Positions 19,870-29,754 of a DNA stretch of 64,000 bases are shown here, piece after piece (within the stretch, counting starts at the first letter, position 1; each line of letters opens with the position of its first letter). The position numbers and the translations under genes were made by a program. The stretch is from Desulfatiglandales bacterium (GTDB lineage: Bacteria > Desulfobacterota > DSM-4660 > Desulfatiglandales > HGW-15), in contig CAXXJJ010000004.1 in NCBI GenBank assembly GCA_963667015.2, forward strand, positions 3,232,001 through 3,296,000. The letters run 5' to 3'. The notes under the pieces are model-generated. The model was not told the origin of the DNA. It ran no database searches and was given only the letters and a program-made list of their open reading frames with translations.

Positions 19870-19897
19870 TTATCGGCAGAATATATTTACAATTTCA
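19870..19897 (-). promoter_or_regulatory. possible sigma28 (FliA) promoter facing the hybrid kinase
   Basis: Perfect -10 GCCGATAA at 19877-19870; only a weak -35 (TGAAA) upstream. Confidence 0.35.
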
Positions 19898-20114
19898 ATT
19901 AGGGTTGAGGATGGGCCCGATGAATACTTTCAACACAAAAGCGTCTCAAGGGTGTTTCTCTTTTATGACTATTCTTGTTACCCGTTTTGAGTATTTTCTT
20001 TACCTTGATAAAAACTGCACTCAATGAAATAATGCGTTTATAATTATAATTGGAGATATTCTTGCAGATGAAACAAAAAAGCACAAGTCGTTTATTTAAC
20101 CCGGATTTAATATA

Positions 20115-22826
20115 ATGGCAGGGACAAGATATCGTTATCCCCGCTCAAGAGGAAAATACAGAGAAAGCAGTTCGTTTAAGCAGGAAAAATTGTTTTATGA
20201 GAACTGCAGGATTGATCCTGTCCTGAAGGACAGTTTCAGAAAAATAGGCAAACCTGAGCCGGAACCATTTAAGCCCGACCCGTTTCAGCTTGAAGCCCTT
20301 GAGAAGGTAAAAGACGGCGATGTCCTGGTAAGCGCCCCTACCGGATCAGGCAAGACCTGGATTGCCATACAGGCTATAAAGAGAAATCTGCAGGAAAACC
20401 TCAGAACCTGGTATGCATCACCGCTTAAGGCCCTGTCAAACTCGCTCTACCAGGAATTTTCGGAAGAGTTCGGACCGGCATCATGCGGAATACTCACCGG
20501 TGAAAGGAAGGAAAACACTGACGCCCCTGTAATAGTGGGAACAACCGAGATCCTTCGAAACCAGCTCTATGACAACATGCATGAAGGCACAAGTCTGGGG
20601 AGCGACCTTGTAATCCTTGATGAGGCCCATTACCTGAGCGACCCGGATCGAGGCGTTGTATGGGAGGAGGTGCTTATTTATCTGCCCCCGAGGGTGAGGT
20701 TGCTGCTCTTATCGGCCACGGTATCCAATGCAGATGAGGTTTGCGCCTGGCTCATGCAAAACAGGAAGGCAAAGGCATATGTTGTGAAGGCCAGTGAAAG
20801 GCCTGTCCCCTTAAAAAACCTGTTCCTCTTTCCGGATGGCTTCATCACCCCCCTTTCAGGTAAAAACGAGCTTTCACCAAAGGTTAAAAAATTTGTAATG
20901 GCACAGCCATCCCGCGGAAGAAACAGGAGAGAGGAGAGGCCCGGGTATGACAGCATTATTTCATGCCTCAGAAAACAGAACCTTCTTCCCGCGATTTTTT
21001 TTCTCAAATCCCGGATGGACTGCGATAATGCCCTCGCAATGTGCCACCACCTGAATTTCAAGGATGAAAGAAAATCCCTGATAAGGGATGAAATTAAAAA
21101 TTTCTTAAAAGAATACCCGCACCTTGAAAACCACCGTCACCTGGACCTGATGATAAATACCCTTGCGGCATCACACCACGCAGGACATCTCCCCTACTGG
21201 AAGGTCCTCATTGAAAAGATGATGAACAAAGGTTACCTGGATGCCATCTTCTCGACATCCACGGTCGCGGCAGGTGTAAATTTCCCTGCCCGCACCGTCG
21301 TTCTTGTCCAGAGTGATAAGTTTAACGGCACCGCCTTCGCTGATTTGACCTCAACCGAACTTCACCAGATGACAGGACGTGCCGGCAGAAGGGGTATGGA
21401 CAATATCGGTTTTGCAATGGTAATCCCGGGTATTCATCAGGACCCGAGGCTGATTCACGATTTGAGCAATTCAGAACCGGAGCCTCTTGTAAGCCAGATC
21501 CGCATCAATTTCTCCATGGTTTTAAACCTCTTATTATCCCACATCCCGGATGATATAAGGACCCTCCTGAAACTCTCCTTTGCGAGGCATCACCAGAGGG
21601 ATAATGAGACATGGATGCAGAAGTATCTTGATGACATAGTCAATACTTTAAGCGCCCTGCTGCCTGACAGCAACTGTGACAACAGTGATCCATACGAAGT
21701 CTCCGAGCTGATAAATGAAAGATCGGATCTGAAACGAATGAAAAAGAGAGTTAAAAAGGCGCCTGAAAGGGATTCTTTCATAAATTCCATAAAGCCCCTG
21801 CTTGAGAAAGGAAGGGTGTTCAGGAACCGGAGCGGATCGGATCTTATTCTTTTCCGCAAAATAACCTACAGAGGCAGGATACTTTGTTTTGCCCTTGAGA
21901 CAGAAAAAATGATCCGCATCAAAAAGGGTAAGCCGCGCCTGAGGAGGGTAGCCCTTGAAAAGATAGAATATCTCTATGACAGGGTTGTAAACATCCCGGA
22001 TGAAGATGATATCAACGCGCTTCAACAGCTTATCGACGAACTTGAAGATGAGGATCTCGAAATCCTGGATACGGATAACCTTGCAGATAAAAACGGCAAA
22101 GAGGCACTCAGAGCTATAGATTACCGGATTAATAATCTTCCGTGCGTCGGCTGCCGTTCTCTTCCTGCGTGCAATCCGGGCAGAAACAAACCCCTGAAGA
22201 AGGCTCTGAGTAATTTCAAATCCGTATCCCATATGATCGATAATATGGGTGAAACACTGTGGATCAGCTTTAAACGGCATTTGAGGTTTTTAATGGAAAC
22301 AGGATTTGTGGATGAAACCGGAAGACTCACACAGGACGGCATATGGGCCTCAAAACTCAGGCTGGATCAGCCTCTGCTGATTGCCGAGGCCATAAGAAAT
22401 GACGGATTCAAGGACACCTCTCCCGAGGTTCTTGCAGGGCTGATAGCCCTCTTTGTCTGGGACAGGACACAGGAGGTTGAAGCCAGGCTGGGGGACTTTG
22501 ATGACCTGGACATAATGCTGGATGCATTTGACCGGCTCATGGAAAGCATGGAGGAGATAATGCTCCTTATGGACAGAAAAGAATTTCACTATCCCCGGAT
22601 CATGTTCTGGCCCGGTGCAGCGCTGTTCCAGTGGTCCAAGGGCATTTCCTGGGAAACGCTGCTCAGGTGCATACCTGTCGGTGAAGGAGATATGGCTTCG
22701 CTTATAGTAAGGACTGCGGACCATTTAAGGCAGGTTCTGAATCTGCGGGATACACATCCTGCTCTGGCCCGGACGGCCAGGGAGGCCATTGACCTTATAT
22801 TAAGAGAGCCGGTTTTTCTACCCTGA
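20115..22826 (+). CDS. Ski2/HelY-like DEAD/DEAH-box RNA helicase
   Basis: APTGSGKT, SPLKALSN, DEAH, LSAT, HHAG, QMTGRAGRRG, C-terminal DSHCT-like EGDMASLIVRT. Confidence 0.92.
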   Translation: MAGTRYRYPRSRGKYRESSSFKQEKLFYENCRIDPVLKDSFRKIGKPEPEPFKPDPFQLEALEKVKDGDVLVSAPTGSGKTWIAIQAIKRNLQENLRTWYASPLKALSNSLYQEFSEEFGPASCGILTGERKENTDAPVIVGTTEILRNQLYDNMHEGTSLGSDLVILDEAHYLSDPDRGVVWEEVLIYLPPRVRLLLLSATVSNADEVCAWLMQNRKAKAYVVKASERPVPLKNLFLFPDGFITPLSGKNELSPKVKKFVMAQPSRGRNRREERPGYDSIISCLRKQNLLPAIFFLKSRMDCDNALAMCHHLNFKDERKSLIRDEIKNFLKEYPHLENHRHLDLMINTLAASHHAGHLPYWKVLIEKMMNKGYLDAIFSTSTVAAGVNFPARTVVLVQSDKFNGTAFADLTSTELHQMTGRAGRRGMDNIGFAMVIPGIHQDPRLIHDLSNSEPEPLVSQIRINFSMVLNLLLSHIPDDIRTLLKLSFARHHQRDNETWMQKYLDDIVNTLSALLPDSNCDNSDPYEVSELINERSDLKRMKKRVKKAPERDSFINSIKPLLEKGRVFRNRSGSDLILFRKITYRGRILCFALETEKMIRIKKGKPRLRRVALEKIEYLYDRVVNIPDEDDINALQQLIDELEDEDLEILDTDNLADKNGKEALRAIDYRINNLPCVGCRSLPACNPGRNKPLKKALSNFKSVSHMIDNMGETLWISFKRHLRFLMETGFVDETGRLTQDGIWASKLRLDQPLLIAEAIRNDGFKDTSPEVLAGLIALFVWDRTQEVEARLGDFDDLDIMLDAFDRLMESMEEIMLLMDRKEFHYPRIMFWPGAALFQWSKGISWETLLRCIPVGEGDMASLIVRTADHLRQVLNLRDTHPALARTAREAIDLILREPVFLP

Positions 22827-22858
22827 TTTTTTTACTTTTGAACCTTTTTGGTGGAAAT

Positions 22859-24397
22859 ATGAATCAGGCCTCAAAAACAGGGACAATACTGGTTACAGGC
22901 GCAACCGGCTATGTTGGCGGCAGGCTTGTGGGGCGTCTTTTATCTGCGGGATACCGGGTAAGGGCACTTGCCCGTTCCATGGACAAACTCAGGGGCCGAT
23001 CATGGTCCGAAAATCCCGGGATAGAACTCATTCAGGCAGACCTTCTTAAACCGGAATCGCTGCCGGGTGCAATAAAGGGCTGTCATACGGCATATTACCT
23101 TGTACATTCAATGAACCCGCAGCAAAAGAAGGACTTTGCGCGGGCAGACAGGCTCGCTGCAGGGAATTTTATCCAGGCCGCTTCTGAAACCGATCTTAAA
23201 AGAATCATCTATCTTGGAGGGGTAGGAAGGAATATGCCTGACCTGAGTCCTCATCTGAAAAGCAGGGCCGAGGTAGCAGGGATACTGGGCTCCGGAACAG
23301 TACCGCTTACCGCACTTTACGCCGCACATATCCTGGGCTCGGGGAGCGCATCATTCGAGATCCTCCGCTACCTTGTGGAGCGTTTTCCGCTTATGATAAT
23401 CCCTTCCTCAATTATAGATACCAGGATACAGCCCATCAGCATAAGGAATGTCCTTAATTACCTGGTAGGCTGCCTTGAAAAAGAGGAGATCACAGGATGT
23501 TCCTTTGATATCGGGGGGCCTGATATACTTACATACAGGCAACTCCTTGAGACTTACGCCACCCTGGTTGGTATCAGAAAACCGGTCATCCTTTCTCCGG
23601 GGATACTTGCAAATTCATCATTAGTTAAAAATTTAAGTTTTTTCCTTGCACGGCGTGCACTGCCTGTTCCACCGAGTATTTCAGCTCCCCTGCTGGAAGG
23701 GGCAGGGAATGAAGCCATAGCCGCGGAAAACAGGATCCGGGAAATTATTCCGCAAAAACTTATGACATGCAGCGAGGTGATAAGACGGGCAATTCAAAAG
23801 GATTCCCTGCAGATAGTTGAAACACGGTGGACAGACGCGGGAGAGGTAAACCCTCCGGAATGGGCTCAGAAAGGTGATGCCCCCTATGCCGGGGGCACTC
23901 TTCTCCAGAGCGGCTTCAGGGTAAAGCTGGAGGCCCTTCCTGAACAGATATGGCCGGCAATTCGAAGGATGGGGGGAAACAACGGCTATTATTTTGGTGA
24001 CATCCTGTGGAAGATAAGGGGCTGGATGGACACGATGGCAGGCGGGGTAGGCTTGAGACGCGGCCGCAGGCATCCCGAATATCTTCAGGTGGGAGATGCC
24101 CTGGATTTTTGGCGTGTACTTGATGTAACACCGCCAGAAAGACTGATACTGGTAGCAGAGATGAAACTGCCCGGGGAGGCAATCCTGGACATCAACATTA
24201 TTCAGGATGGAGACACGTCGGAACTTCGATTCGGGACAAGATTCAGGCCCAGGGGGCTTTATGGCGTGTTTTACTGGTATTCGCTCCTCCCTGCACATGA
24301 CCTCCTCTTCGGAGGAATGTTAAAGGCCATTGCAGGAAAGGTAGGTTGTCCTATTTTAAAGGGACCGGAGACCTTTAAACCGGGACCTATCTGGTAG
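22859..24397 (+). CDS. YbjT-like NAD(P)-binding oxidoreductase with C-terminal DUF2867-like domain
   Basis: TGATGYVGGRL, YYLVHSM, GSGSASFE, GDALDFWRV, AEMKLPGEA, YWYSLLPAH. Confidence 0.88.
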   Translation: MNQASKTGTILVTGATGYVGGRLVGRLLSAGYRVRALARSMDKLRGRSWSENPGIELIQADLLKPESLPGAIKGCHTAYYLVHSMNPQQKKDFARADRLAAGNFIQAASETDLKRIIYLGGVGRNMPDLSPHLKSRAEVAGILGSGTVPLTALYAAHILGSGSASFEILRYLVERFPLMIIPSSIIDTRIQPISIRNVLNYLVGCLEKEEITGCSFDIGGPDILTYRQLLETYATLVGIRKPVILSPGILANSSLVKNLSFFLARRALPVPPSISAPLLEGAGNEAIAAENRIREIIPQKLMTCSEVIRRAIQKDSLQIVETRWTDAGEVNPPEWAQKGDAPYAGGTLLQSGFRVKLEALPEQIWPAIRRMGGNNGYYFGDILWKIRGWMDTMAGGVGLRRGRRHPEYLQVGDALDFWRVLDVTPPERLILVAEMKLPGEAILDINIIQDGDTSELRFGTRFRPRGLYGVFYWYSLLPAHDLLFGGMLKAIAGKVGCPILKGPETFKPGPIW

Positions 24398-25433
24398 AAG
24401 TCATCCTTTTATAAAGACCTGAAAGGAGATTAAGGACCTCTTCGGAATCTTCCTCTTTCATTGTTCCCATCCCGCACGCGGGTGTAAGGATGGACGCGGC
24501 CTGGACCATATCCTTATCCAGTCCAAGGTTATACAGGGCATCAAGGCCTTTATTAAGTATAGCATACAGCGCATCAAGATCTCCCTGTCCGGCAGAATCT
24601 CCGGTTGGGACGATACCCCATGCAATTGTTCCGCCTCCCTTGATAAACCGGGAAATATCATTCGGGTAAAGGAGAAAGTAATCCAGGAAGGAAAAGGCAT
24701 CAAAGTTGATGATGTCTGGTCCGGCATCTACAATCATGGACCAGTCCGTGTTTCCACAGCAGTGAATCCCTACCAGGGCATCCGATTTTTCTTTTATATA
24801 GTCTATAACCTCTTTAAGCAGGCTTACCACCTCATGACGTTCTATCGGTGAAAAGGCTGATCCGAATCCGGAAAGATAGGGCTCATCCAGAAAGATAATA
24901 ACCTTCTTCCCTGTTTTTTCCAGTTCCCTTACCTGCCAGAGAGACTTTATTGCAAGCCCCTTGGTAAATGCCTCCAGGAGGTCGGGATTTCCTAAAATGG
25001 CCTTTCCTTCCTCATCCTTTATACTGGCGGCAAAGGTCACGGGCCCTGTGGTATGCCCCTTTATATATTTACCATAGTTATCGGGGTTCTCCGATACAAG
25101 TTCAATCTGCCTGTAAAGACCCGGGGCATAATCCCTGCTGACCGAAAAATAATCCACATCATCTGAAAGATAGTGGCTGTAGAACTTCACAAGGGCCTCT
25201 TCGGTATCTTCCGCTGATACACTGATCAATTTTCTTTCGGTATTTATACTGACCAGGGGCAGCCCTTCGGTGAACTGTATGTTCATATCTTCAACGGGGC
25301 TTCTTTTGACCATCTGGGGCCAGAAGGGGATTGAAATAAGTTCAAGTATCTTACTGCATGTCTTATCTGTATCTGTCCACGGGACACTGCCTATGCCCGT
25401 TGTCTTAAAATAAAAATCAGGTTTACTGCCCAT
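24387..25433 (-). CDS. core (catalytic-domain-only) methionine synthase, probably MesB-like
   Basis: TTGIGSVP, TGPVT, FLDEP, Zn ligands IHCCGNTDW and LTPACG, WGIVP; no folate-binding N-terminal half; AGGAG RBS before ATG 25433. Confidence 0.75.
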   Translation of the reverse strand: MGSKPDFYFKTTGIGSVPWTDTDKTCSKILELISIPFWPQMVKRSPVEDMNIQFTEGLPLVSINTERKLISVSAEDTEEALVKFYSHYLSDDVDYFSVSRDYAPGLYRQIELVSENPDNYGKYIKGHTTGPVTFAASIKDEEGKAILGNPDLLEAFTKGLAIKSLWQVRELEKTGKKVIIFLDEPYLSGFGSAFSPIERHEVVSLLKEVIDYIKEKSDALVGIHCCGNTDWSMIVDAGPDIINFDAFSFLDYFLLYPNDISRFIKGGGTIAWGIVPTGDSAGQGDLDALYAILNKGLDALYNLGLDKDMVQAASILTPACGMGTMKEEDSEEVLNLLSGLYKRMTSTR

Positions 25434-25459
25434 TAATCTTTCTCCTGTAAAATCATATA

Positions 25460-26410
25460 CTATTCGGAGAGACCTTCTCTTGCCAGATCTTTGATATTCA
25501 TACGCCATGTATCAAGGAGTGAAATCATCCTTTCTTTTTTCAGGCGGATGGTGTCTTCAACCTTTAGCTCTTCCGGTTCATCCTTTTGTTCCATCATTGC
25601 TGATATTTCATCAAGCCTTGACGTCAGGGAAGCGTCTTCCGGATTCTTTTCTACCAGCTTCTCATATATTTCCCTGGCCTCATCAAGCTTACCTTGGTCA
25701 AAATATGTCTCTGCGAGGGATGCAGTGACAATCTCGGGGAATTCATCCGGTTCCGGAGCTTCCACTATATCCGGTTTTTCAGGTTCCTGTACCTCCATTA
25801 TCTCCGGGGCGTCCGGTTCCTGAATATCCATTATTTCAGGGGGCTCCTGCTCTTGAACCTCCATCGTATCCGGAGTTTCCGGCTCCTGCGGTGCCACTAT
25901 TTCAGTATCAACCGGGTCCTCAAACTCTATTGCTTTAATATCAGCAGATTCCTCCAGCTCCAGGATATCAGTATCAATCTTCTCTTCGGCAAGTTCTATT
26001 GCTTCAACCGCGCTTGTCGCCATTAACTCTTCAAGAAGTATAGCTGTCTCTTCGTCCTCGGGGAAAATCGCAAGATATTTTTTAAGGCTTTTAGCCGCAT
26101 CATCTTCCCTCTTCTGACGCGCATATATCCCGGCCTGCGACCTGTATGCATCTGCAAGGGTTTTTATCCCCTCTATTACCCTGCAGAATTCAGCTTCCGC
26201 CTCCATGATGCGCCCGTCAGCAAGGTAGGCCCCGGCAAGTATCTTTCTCAGGGCAAGATCCTCCGGAAACCTCGAAACGGCCCTGAGGCATTCCCTTATA
26301 ACTATATTATGCATTCCCTTCTCATTCATGATTGTCAGCAATACATGAAGTGTTCCCTGGGAAGGATTATTTTCAAGTATTTCATTAATGCTGTTTTCCG
26401 GGATATCCAT
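25460..26410 (-). CDS. tetratricopeptide repeat protein with acidic linker
   Basis: N-terminal TPR-like helices, C-terminal TASLAETYFDQGKLDEAREIYEKL. Confidence 0.85.
   Translation of the reverse strand: MDIPENSINEILENNPSQGTLHVLLTIMNEKGMHNIVIRECLRAVSRFPEDLALRKILAGAYLADGRIMEAEAEFCRVIEGIKTLADAYRSQAGIYARQKREDDAAKSLKKYLAIFPEDEETAILLEELMATSAVEAIELAEEKIDTDILELEESADIKAIEFEDPVDTEIVAPQEPETPDTMEVQEQEPPEIMDIQEPDAPEIMEVQEPEKPDIVEAPEPDEFPEIVTASLAETYFDQGKLDEAREIYEKLVEKNPEDASLTSRLDEISAMMEQKDEPEELKVEDTIRLKKERMISLLDTWRMNIKDLAREGLSE
25724..25888 (-). repeat. 33-bp coding tandem repeat (4-5 units of 11 aa)
   Basis: QEPETPDTMEV/QEQEPPEIMDI/QEPDAPEIMEV/QEPEKPDIVEA/PEPDEFPEIVT. Confidence 0.8.
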
Positions 26411-26437
26411 GGTGACCTCTTTGCATATTAAACGGAA

Positions 26438-26737
26438 TTATTTATCATCCTCGGTAAATCTGTAAATTACTTCATCCTTTTTTACAAGGCCAAGCTCTTT
26501 TCTGGCGGTTGACTCTATATATTCCCTGTCATTGCGCAGCCTGTCAATCTCTTCTTCCAGCTCTTTATTGGCAAGTTCGAGCTTTTGTATTCTTCCAAGA
26601 TATTCCTCGCGCTCCTTATCCATCTTGTACAGATAAATAAATCCCCTGTCTCCAAACGCCAGCCAGGACACAACCAGGATTACAAAAAACAGCCCCAGTA
26701 ATAATGCCTTGAAAAATTTCTTTTTAATAATCTTCAA
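26438..26737 (-). CDS. ftsB: septum formation initiator family protein (FtsB/DivIC)
   Basis: TM ending FGDRG, coiled coil, YIESTARKELGLVKKDEVIY. Confidence 0.88.
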   Translation of the reverse strand: MKIIKKKFFKALLLGLFFVILVVSWLAFGDRGFIYLYKMDKEREEYLGRIQKLELANKELEEEIDRLRNDREYIESTARKELGLVKKDEVIYRFTEDDK

Positions 26738-26790
26738 ATCCGCTGTTCCCCGGAATTAAGAATTCATAATAATCCGACAAACCAATAGGA

Positions 26791-27210
26791 TTACAGTAAT
26801 TCGTCCGACCTCCACCTTGCTGCAATTACAATGGAATTAATGCCGGCATTTTTCGCCAGATCCATTATCTCGACCACTTTCCCGTGCCTTACGTCACTGT
26901 CAGCCTGAAGAACAAGGTGAAGCATTCCCCTGTTTTTCACCTCTTCAAGCAGTCGCCCTTTAAGGGTCTCCATATCAATTTTCGTGCCTTCAAGGTATAC
27001 ATTTGAATCCTTATCCACATTTATTATTATCCGATTTTCTGAATCAGGGCCTGCCGTCTTTTTTGTTACCCTGGGAAGCTTTATCTGCACACCGGCTGCA
27101 ATGTCATAGTGGGATGTGACCATAAAAAAAATCAGGAGCAGAAACACTATATCAACAAGAGGCGCAATGCCTATGTTCGGCTCATCATCTTTCTTTTTCC
27201 TGAATCTCAT
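26791..27210 (-). CDS. exbD: ExbD/TolR family protein
   Basis: IAPLVDIVFLLLIFFMV with the essential Asp, LQAD motif. Confidence 0.92.
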   Translation of the reverse strand: MRFRKKKDDEPNIGIAPLVDIVFLLLIFFMVTSHYDIAAGVQIKLPRVTKKTAGPDSENRIIINVDKDSNVYLEGTKIDMETLKGRLLEEVKNRGMLHLVLQADSDVRHGKVVEIMDLAKNAGINSIVIAARWRSDELL

Positions 27211-27215
27211 ATCAC

Positions 27216-27842
27216 CTAGTCCTGATTACCGGCACTCTCTTCCATAATCTCTATTATCTTTATGGAGCTCTCCTCCATCTCAAAGATCAGGGATTCCGCC
27301 TTGTCCTTTAATATCCTGTAACCCACAAGCACCGGTATTGCCACACAAAGTCCGGTAGCGGTTGTAATAAGTGCTTCGGCTATACCTCCTGCGAGCATTG
27401 AAGGATTTCCTCCTCCTTCGGCCATCACCTTGAAGGTCTTGATCATCCCCGAAACAGTGCCTAAAAGACCAAGCAAGGGAGAAAGGTTTGCAATGGTGGA
27501 CAGCATCCCCACATTCCTTTCCAGGATGATACTCTCTCGGCCGCCTCTTTCCTCAATAGCCTCCTTTACAAGCCACATGCCTTTGCCGCTGTTTTTAAGT
27601 CCTGCCAGGAATATCTTGGCAATAGAGGAGTTGCTCTTTTCACAGAGCTCCAGAGCAGCGGGTATATTCCTTTTTTTCAGCCTGTCCTCCACCTTTGATA
27701 CAAGGTCTTCGGGGATAACTGTTTTTTTCCTTAGTATCCATAATCTCTCAAAAAATATTGCCAGCGCAATTACTGAGCACAGTATTATGGGATACATTAC
27801 AGGGCCGCCTTTTATTATCAGATCTACCACTTTCTTCTCCAT
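27216..27842 (-). CDS. exbB: MotA/TolQ/ExbB proton channel family protein
   Basis: SPLLGLLGTVSGMI, GIAEALITTATGL. Confidence 0.92.
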   Translation of the reverse strand: MEKKVVDLIIKGGPVMYPIILCSVIALAIFFERLWILRKKTVIPEDLVSKVEDRLKKRNIPAALELCEKSNSSIAKIFLAGLKNSGKGMWLVKEAIEERGGRESIILERNVGMLSTIANLSPLLGLLGTVSGMIKTFKVMAEGGGNPSMLAGGIAEALITTATGLCVAIPVLVGYRILKDKAESLIFEMEESSIKIIEIMEESAGNQD

Positions 27843-27971
27843 CAGACAGGATGAGATTGGATGCTTGTCTATTATACTAATTTAATATAAAGTAATATAA
27901 CATATAGTTTATTTATGTTCCAAGTCAAGTAATCACAATATAACAGGTTATAATATTTTGAGAGATACAAA

Positions 27972-29672
27972 TTGAGTGAAAATAAAAGCAACAAGGTAGT
28001 TTATATAAGAGAAAAAAAGGACATTGCAGCCGAAAGCAGGGAGATTGTCAGCAAACTGGCGCCCCTGTCAGGGAGCAATGCATTAAATATGGTTCTGGAC
28101 CATGACAACCCCCTTGAGCTGGTCCAAAACATGACAAAGATTGACCTGTTCTGGCTGGTAAAAAAGGTGGGAGAGGATGACGCACACCCATTACTCTCCC
28201 TGGCATCAACAGAACAATGGCAGTACATGATGGATATGGAGATATGGGACAGGGACTGCCTTAACAGGTTAAACACCTTTAACTGGTTCAACAATCTTTT
28301 AAAGGCTGACCCTGAAAGACTCATGCTGTACCTGTATGGTGAAGACGGCAACCTGCTTACCCATCTCTTTTTTACCGGGATACTTGATATCAGGGTCAGG
28401 GAAGACGACGACTTCATGCCCCCCGAAGGTTTTATTACCTTTGATAATCTGTATTTTATCGGCATTGGCGACAAAGAAAACGCAGAGGACATTGAACAGC
28501 TCTTAAGAAACATGGCCCTCCATGACCATAACAGGTTTCAGGCCCTTTTGCTAGGCCTGCAGGGGACCATTCCGGCTGAACTGGAAGAGGAAATGTACAG
28601 GCTTAAGAGTGTGCGTCTTGCTGAGGAAGGCTATCTGCCCTTTGAGGAGGCGGTTTCAGTTTACGCCCACCAGAATGCAGGCCTGCTTAAGAAAGATTCT
28701 TCGGAATACATTCTTGCCGCACCGGATGATGAAGAAACAAAGGCACTTGTTCCCATAACCCCCTTTATAGTGGTTCAGGAAGAAAACCTTTTTTCTGTGG
28801 CAGTGTCCGGGATAACAGATTATCCCTTACTGGACAGATTAAGGCTTGAGCTTGCCGGCCTGTGCAGCCAGATATTTTCAGCAGACGGAATCCGATTTGA
28901 GAGCGTTGACGATCTTGTAAAAATCTGCAAAAAGGCCGGGGGATATATCAATGCAGGGCTGGAGAAACTCTCTGGCGGAGACATTGGCATTGCCAGGGAA
29001 TTCCTTAAAAATCATCCGCTTATAACCATATTCAGAACAGGATTCAGCCAGGCCCTTGAGCTCAGGTGGAAGGCGGAGCGATGGATAAAGACATCATGGT
29101 TTGACCGGCTGGACCTGGACAATGATTTCTGGGGAGATGAATGGTCCGGAATACTGGACGGCATCCTGCTTAGCAAGCCCCTCCTGTACAGCGAAAAAAT
29201 GGAAAAGACATCCTACAGGGACTTTGTATCCCTTGATGAAATAAAAGAAACCGAAACAGTTATAGACCGGATGATTGTGCTTGATAAACTGCTTGAGGTA
29301 TTTATCCCTGTCCGCAATATTGAGCAGCTGACCGAAGAAGATATGGAACTCACATTTTATCAGGTTATTTTCACATCCTGGATAAGACGTTTAAGCGACC
29401 TGAAGCCCGAACTTGCGCCGCTTTCTCTGGATGAGGCAAGGTCCGCATTTAAAACACTGAGAAAGGGCGAGACATCACCTCCATTTAAGATGACAGGATT
29501 CAAAGATGAATTCATTAAAGAGTTCACCTCTCCTGAAAAAATATCCGGTGATATTGATCCTTTTTTAGAGAATACCCTTTCTCTTATCTGGGACCAGTTT
29601 GTAGAAGAATACGCACTGATCGATGCCGATGACCTGGAACCCAGGTATTCCAGTTTTATACTGATTAATTGA
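27972..29672 (+). CDS. conserved hypothetical protein, DUF6178-like
   Basis: 566-aa ORF; DMEIWDRD and ELEEEMYRLKSVRLAEEGY resemble a deltaproteobacterial family (from recall). Confidence 0.7.
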   Translation: MSENKSNKVVYIREKKDIAAESREIVSKLAPLSGSNALNMVLDHDNPLELVQNMTKIDLFWLVKKVGEDDAHPLLSLASTEQWQYMMDMEIWDRDCLNRLNTFNWFNNLLKADPERLMLYLYGEDGNLLTHLFFTGILDIRVREDDDFMPPEGFITFDNLYFIGIGDKENAEDIEQLLRNMALHDHNRFQALLLGLQGTIPAELEEEMYRLKSVRLAEEGYLPFEEAVSVYAHQNAGLLKKDSSEYILAAPDDEETKALVPITPFIVVQEENLFSVAVSGITDYPLLDRLRLELAGLCSQIFSADGIRFESVDDLVKICKKAGGYINAGLEKLSGGDIGIAREFLKNHPLITIFRTGFSQALELRWKAERWIKTSWFDRLDLDNDFWGDEWSGILDGILLSKPLLYSEKMEKTSYRDFVSLDEIKETETVIDRMIVLDKLLEVFIPVRNIEQLTEEDMELTFYQVIFTSWIRRLSDLKPELAPLSLDEARSAFKTLRKGETSPPFKMTGFKDEFIKEFTSPEKISGDIDPFLENTLSLIWDQFVEEYALIDADDLEPRYSSFILIN

Positions 29673-29754
29673 TAAGGGCCTGGCAGTATGATATAATCGC
29701 ACCTATATTTCAGTTTTTTAACCGTGTACAGGGTTTTATTCATAGGAGTACAAA

